Shown here one piece after another: positions 59,773-64,000 of a DNA stretch of 64,000 bases (its first letter is position 1; every line of letters begins with the position of its first letter). The notes below the pieces were generated by a model that had not been told where the DNA came from, did not search any database, and worked only from the letters and a program-made list of their open reading frames with translations. This stretch comes from Macrostomum lignano (Eukaryota): positions 62,001-126,000 of the forward strand of contig NIVC01000925.1 in NCBI GenBank assembly GCA_002269645.1, written 5' to 3'. Both the position numbers and the translations under genes were made by a program.

Positions 59773-60477
59773 TAGTCGGACCTCAGAATCTTGTTCGTGA
59801 AATTGTAACTTAGGTCTTACAACGCGCATGACTTGCAATATACAGAATGTCACAAAATGTTTACCGAGAGACGTGAGAACTGCCTCGGCCTGTGCTTCAA
59901 CAGAAACTGAGAAACAGTAAGTCCCACGTAAATTAGTAAATATGTTCATGTGCAGGCATATATTTATTGAAACTATAACTTATTAGTACATTAAACAGTA
60001 GTCATTAGTTAAATAACGAGAAGGAATATGTAAGTTGTGGAGCTTCAAAGTTTGCGACAGCTTCAGAAAACATTCATGGAGTTCGTAACTGATATAATTA
60101 TAGACATCTGGAAAGAAAACGGACCGTTTAACTTTTATTTTCATTTTCAAATTAAAAATCCAGATGCTACAATTTAAAAGTCCATGACATCAATTTCTAA
60201 TCCAAATTTTGGATTTCAAGCGCATCTAAAGCATGGACTTCTAATCCAGATGTTAGATTTCCTAAAACGCTTTGAAGATTTTCTTTTCCAATAAGCAGAG
60301 CACACCGGCTCGTACTACACACTGTACTAATACTGTGTTTCCAGTTCAACTTCTCCCCGCATGCTTTGGCGCGTTTTGACAGTTGCTAAATTTAGTAACA
60401 AATAGCAATAGTTATTGACTTGGGAGCTGCGATCGTTTACACACGAACCAATGTTAGAGCGAGGATTTTGTAAGCTC

Positions 60478-60840
60478 TCCCTTCCTCTCCCTTCCTCTCC
60501 CTTCCTCTTCCTCTCCCTTCCTCTCCCTTCCTCTCCCTTCCTCTCCCTTCCTCTCCCTTCCTCTCCCTTCCTCTCCCTTCCTCTCCCTTCCTCTCCCTTC
60601 CTCTCCCTTCCTCTCCCTTCCTCTCCCTTCCTCTCCCTTCCTCTCCCTTCCTCTCCCTTCCTCTCCCTTCCTCTCCCTTCCTCTTCCTCTCCCTTCCTCT
60701 TCATTCCTCTCCCTTCCTCTCCCTTCGTTTCCCTTCCTCTCCCTTCCTCTCCCTTCCTCTCCCTTCCTCTCCCTTCATCTCCCTTCCTCTCCCTTCATCT
60801 CCCTTCACATCCATTTCTCCCTGTCTTTTTTCTGTCTCTT
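60478..60840. repeat. (CTTCCTCTCC)n 10-bp polypyrimidine repeat
   Basis: Pure core ~60510-60680 with degenerate flanks. Confidence 0.95.
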
Positions 60841-61712
60841 CCATTTTCCTACCCCAATCCCTACATCTCATCCCACTTCTATGCTCTCTGCCAACCACCG
60901 AAAACTTCATCTGCATATCAGATCTGCTTGTTAATTAAATTAATTGTAGATTTTCATCTTTTTTCACCAACCAGGCCTCAGGATACCTCTCGCCCACGCA
61001 ATTTGAAAAAAGCAAGGTTTTTCTTATCTGACAACTGCGTGGCTTTCAGGAAGCGACCGTGGATTGTTGTTAACGCTAGCAAAATTAATCCTATGCAAGT
61101 CTCTCAATTAGCCTGAGTCTATTGATTTGGTGTAGTATAGCTATGCACCACCAGTGTCTGCATATTATACTGGTATTCTTCCTATTCTACGCAAGCACTG
61201 CAAGCAAATATTGAAGCGAAGCCAGAAATAAACCGAAAAATGATTGATCAAGTTCAGTATAATCAGTTAGCCAGCCAATGCGCTATGTGTACGTACAAAG
61301 TCTGCTCAGGATGTTGCTGGCAATTTTGGCACAACTTCATGCATTTATAGTTTTTCTCTTAATGTACACTGGTCCTATGCTCAGACTAAGGGATTGCTTT
61401 TTTGGCTAGTGGCCACGCACTGGGGGCGGCCGGGTGTGGGGGTTCTTGCTTGGGAAGGAGGCTAGGTAAGCTCTGAGGTACTGCTCCTGCAGCTCCCTCT
61501 CCGCTGCCTTCTCTGCGCCCTCCCCCCTCTCCTCCGCCCTTCCCACACGAAGCTCAGTCTGCTCCTGCTCTCTGCCCCTAGTAGACTATAAACTATACTA
61601 TATAATGGGCGACAGAGAGCCGAAACCGCGAGAGAGTTCAGACGTTAATTCTAATAGCAAATCTATAGTTTATTAGTTTTTGTTATAAATATAATTTCAA
61701 AACAACCACAGC

Positions 61713-62449
61713 ATGTCTAACTCGGATTTCACTAGACCCGAAGGTCTAGCATGGCTAATACTGCTGTGCATAGCAACCGTTTCTCTACTCCTCTTCTACC
61801 TGGTATTACTGCATTTTCGCACCTTGCTCCGTAGCCTGGATCTGTGCTTGGCCGGCCTGATGGTGAGGAATGTCATCTACTGCTTGGTGGCGGCGCCAAC
61901 TTTGGTGCACGTGGCTCTGAGCGGATCAGCCTGGACTCTGGCCACCTGCAGACTGCTGGTGTTCAGCCTGCACATGCCGCTTCTGACCTCCCTTGTTGGC
62001 ACAGCGTTCTTTGCTGTTGATCGGCTGTTCCTGTTGCGCAAAGATGGCGGCCCGATCTACAATGGTTGGGTGACAAATAAGGTCAAACCGTTGCTGCTTG
62101 TCAGCATCTTCTGTTGTGCCGCGTTTATTACAGGTGAGTTGGATGCCTAATTGATATTTTTATCGATTTTTAAAACTTTTAAAACTTGAAAATATATAGA
62201 GCTTTAAGACTATCTAAAAATTACTTTTATACAAGGTTTTGCACACCATAATATCAATAGAAATTGTACAAAACAACCTTAACCACAACAACAACCGAAA
62301 CAACAACAACTACAACAACATCAACAACAACAACAAACACAAGAACATCAACCACAACAACAACAACAGCAGCAACAACAGCAGCAACAAAAACAACAGC
62401 AACAACAACTATGACAACAACAAATACTACTACAACAACAAAAACCACT

Positions 62450-62518
<69 letters not shown>

Positions 62519-63890
62519 ACAACAACCACGACTACAACCACAACAATAACAGCCACAAAAGCCACAAGCAAACCAACCAAAACCACAGCAGAAAAAAAAC
62601 GTGAAGACAACACAGCCACAAAGCAAACAACTGTTACACCAACAACAAAGATAAAGTACATTGATCAGAGTAAACAACAGTGTCACACATTGAGCTAGTT
62701 ATAAATTAACAGGAGCCTTCAATCCAACCATGCGTGCACCATGCCGACCTCGCAGGCCTCATACCCGTGAACCTGTGGACCCGAGTGACCGCTGCATCAG
62801 TTGACGACAAGCAGCAGCTCCGTTGTCGCTTTCTGCCCAGCCAGCTGGATTTCTCCTACTCGATGGTGCTTCTGGCCTGCAGCCTGGCTTCAGCCGTTTT
62901 CTGCGCCGTCTGCTGCTTTGACGGCCTGCTGTTCCTTCGACAGCAGCATCGCAGAGCCAAGTTGGCCGCTCTGGCGGCTGCACAGTCAGGCAGTCAGACT
63001 GTCAGCCCAAACAGCACGCTGCAGAACGGCGCCTCGAGCGGCAGTTTGAAATCGCATCAGCTGAGACGATCGGCCGAGTTCGACGCGCACAAGCACTCTT
63101 GGGAGTCCTGGCGGGTGACCAGCCTGGCCAATGCTGTCATCTTCTTTTGCAATCATCTCACGCTCATGGTTGGTTTGGCTTTTTCGGATTAATTTGAGGG
63201 GTCTGCGGCTGTTAGTGGGAGGGATAGTCATTTGATAATCTGTCTGATTCTGGCTTTGATCTTTCTGTATCTCTGTCTCTCCATAACTCTTGCTCGCTCA
63301 GTAGCTCCTCCTTCTCTGGCTCCTTTCCCCTCTCTCTCTCCCTCGGTCTCCCCTGTCCCCCTCTTTCCTGACCCTATCCCTCAAAAGTATATTTATTTCG
63401 CCGATTAATACAAAAAGCCTTTTTTCGCTAATACCAATCTCTCGCCTTCCCCTCTCTCTCCGCCTTCCCTGAGGCTGGGGTTGCACTAGGGTGAACTTCA
63501 AAAAAATTAATAAAAAGTCGAACAAACCATGCAGGCACCAAGACGCTGATGAAATGCAAGAGCTTTACCAGCTAATTATAAACGTTAAAAATTTTGTTCC
63601 ACCTAAAACTACCGAGCTATAGTAGTTTTGAAAAAGCCCGAAATACGAGCAACAAATTCATAGTTTTCTTAGGAGTCCATTTAATAGAAAGTTAGTTCCA
63701 CTGTACTTTTAGATCCTGGACTTTGCTAATCTGGTCGCACTCAGAGACGGCAGCGGCAGCGAGTACATCACGTTGCTACTGGTTGAGTCAATTGTGCTGC
63801 CGAACTCCATGTGGCTTTTCGCTGTCAGATATCGGCACGTTGTGAAAAGATATTTTGCAAAAATTACCCGACAACCAAATCTGCTTGATG
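61713..63890 (+). CDS. Class A (rhodopsin-like) orphan GPCR, GPR153/GPR162-like; 3' end lies beyond the window
   Basis: Exons 61713-62133, 62756-63168 and 63713-63890, phase-consistent, with a further donor at 63891. Seven hydrophobic segments; TM3 Cys (TCRLL), AVDRL at the DRY position, ECL2 CRFLP; TM7 IVLPNSMWLFAVRYRHVVK resembles GPR153 LLLPVFLWACDRYRADLK. Confidence 0.8.
62272..62660. repeat. (AAC)n microsatellite in GPCR intron 1
   Basis: Pure core ~62450-62515; source of the spurious poly-N/T/V/C ORFs. Confidence 0.95.
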
Positions 63891-64000
63891 GTGAGTGCAG
63901 AACTTGTCGTCATTTTTTGTTAATCTGTTTGTAAGCCGCTGAAGTACCGTATAACAAAAAGAGCTAGCCAAAGTTTGAGACAATTTTCTGCTGTGAAAGA

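Noticed and set aside
62239-62698. Poly-N, poly-T, poly-V and poly-C ORFs
   Set aside because: (AAC)n microsatellite in GPCR intron 1

Overview
Eukaryotic (invertebrate animal) genomic DNA. It has GC-rich, CAG/polyQ-rich exons, spliceosomal introns, TTAGGG-type telomeric motifs and very many minisatellites; this is consistent with a flatworm such as Macrostomum, but the species is an inference. I reconstructed five spliced genes by hand with in-phase GT-AG junctions: a PAGR1/PA1-like protein with a polyQ tail (+, 3541-5743), a divergent cyclin B3 (+, 31040-34705), a serine dehydratase SDS/SDSL (+, 39603-45038), troponin T (-, 11 coding exons, 48358-54700) and a GPR153/162-like class A GPCR (+, 61713 to past the window end). 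There are also two single-exon orphan ORFs. The rest is mobile and repetitive DNA: two tRNA-derived SINEs, several MULE/foldback elements with 8-9 bp TSDs (some nested), Helitron-like units, and about 25 distinct tandem arrays. Most long ORFs in the ORF track are artefacts of these arrays. The most notable observations are: (1) most large introns are filled by a private minisatellite, many with hairpin-forming units; (2) two decayed 28S rRNA fragments both lack TAG exactly at the R2 target site; (3) the cyclin B3 has lost both partners of the conserved cyclin-box Arg-Asp salt bridge; (4) a duplicated, truncated troponin T last exon remains in phase; (5) tandem Helitron-like units read through an internal terminus into telomeric repeats.
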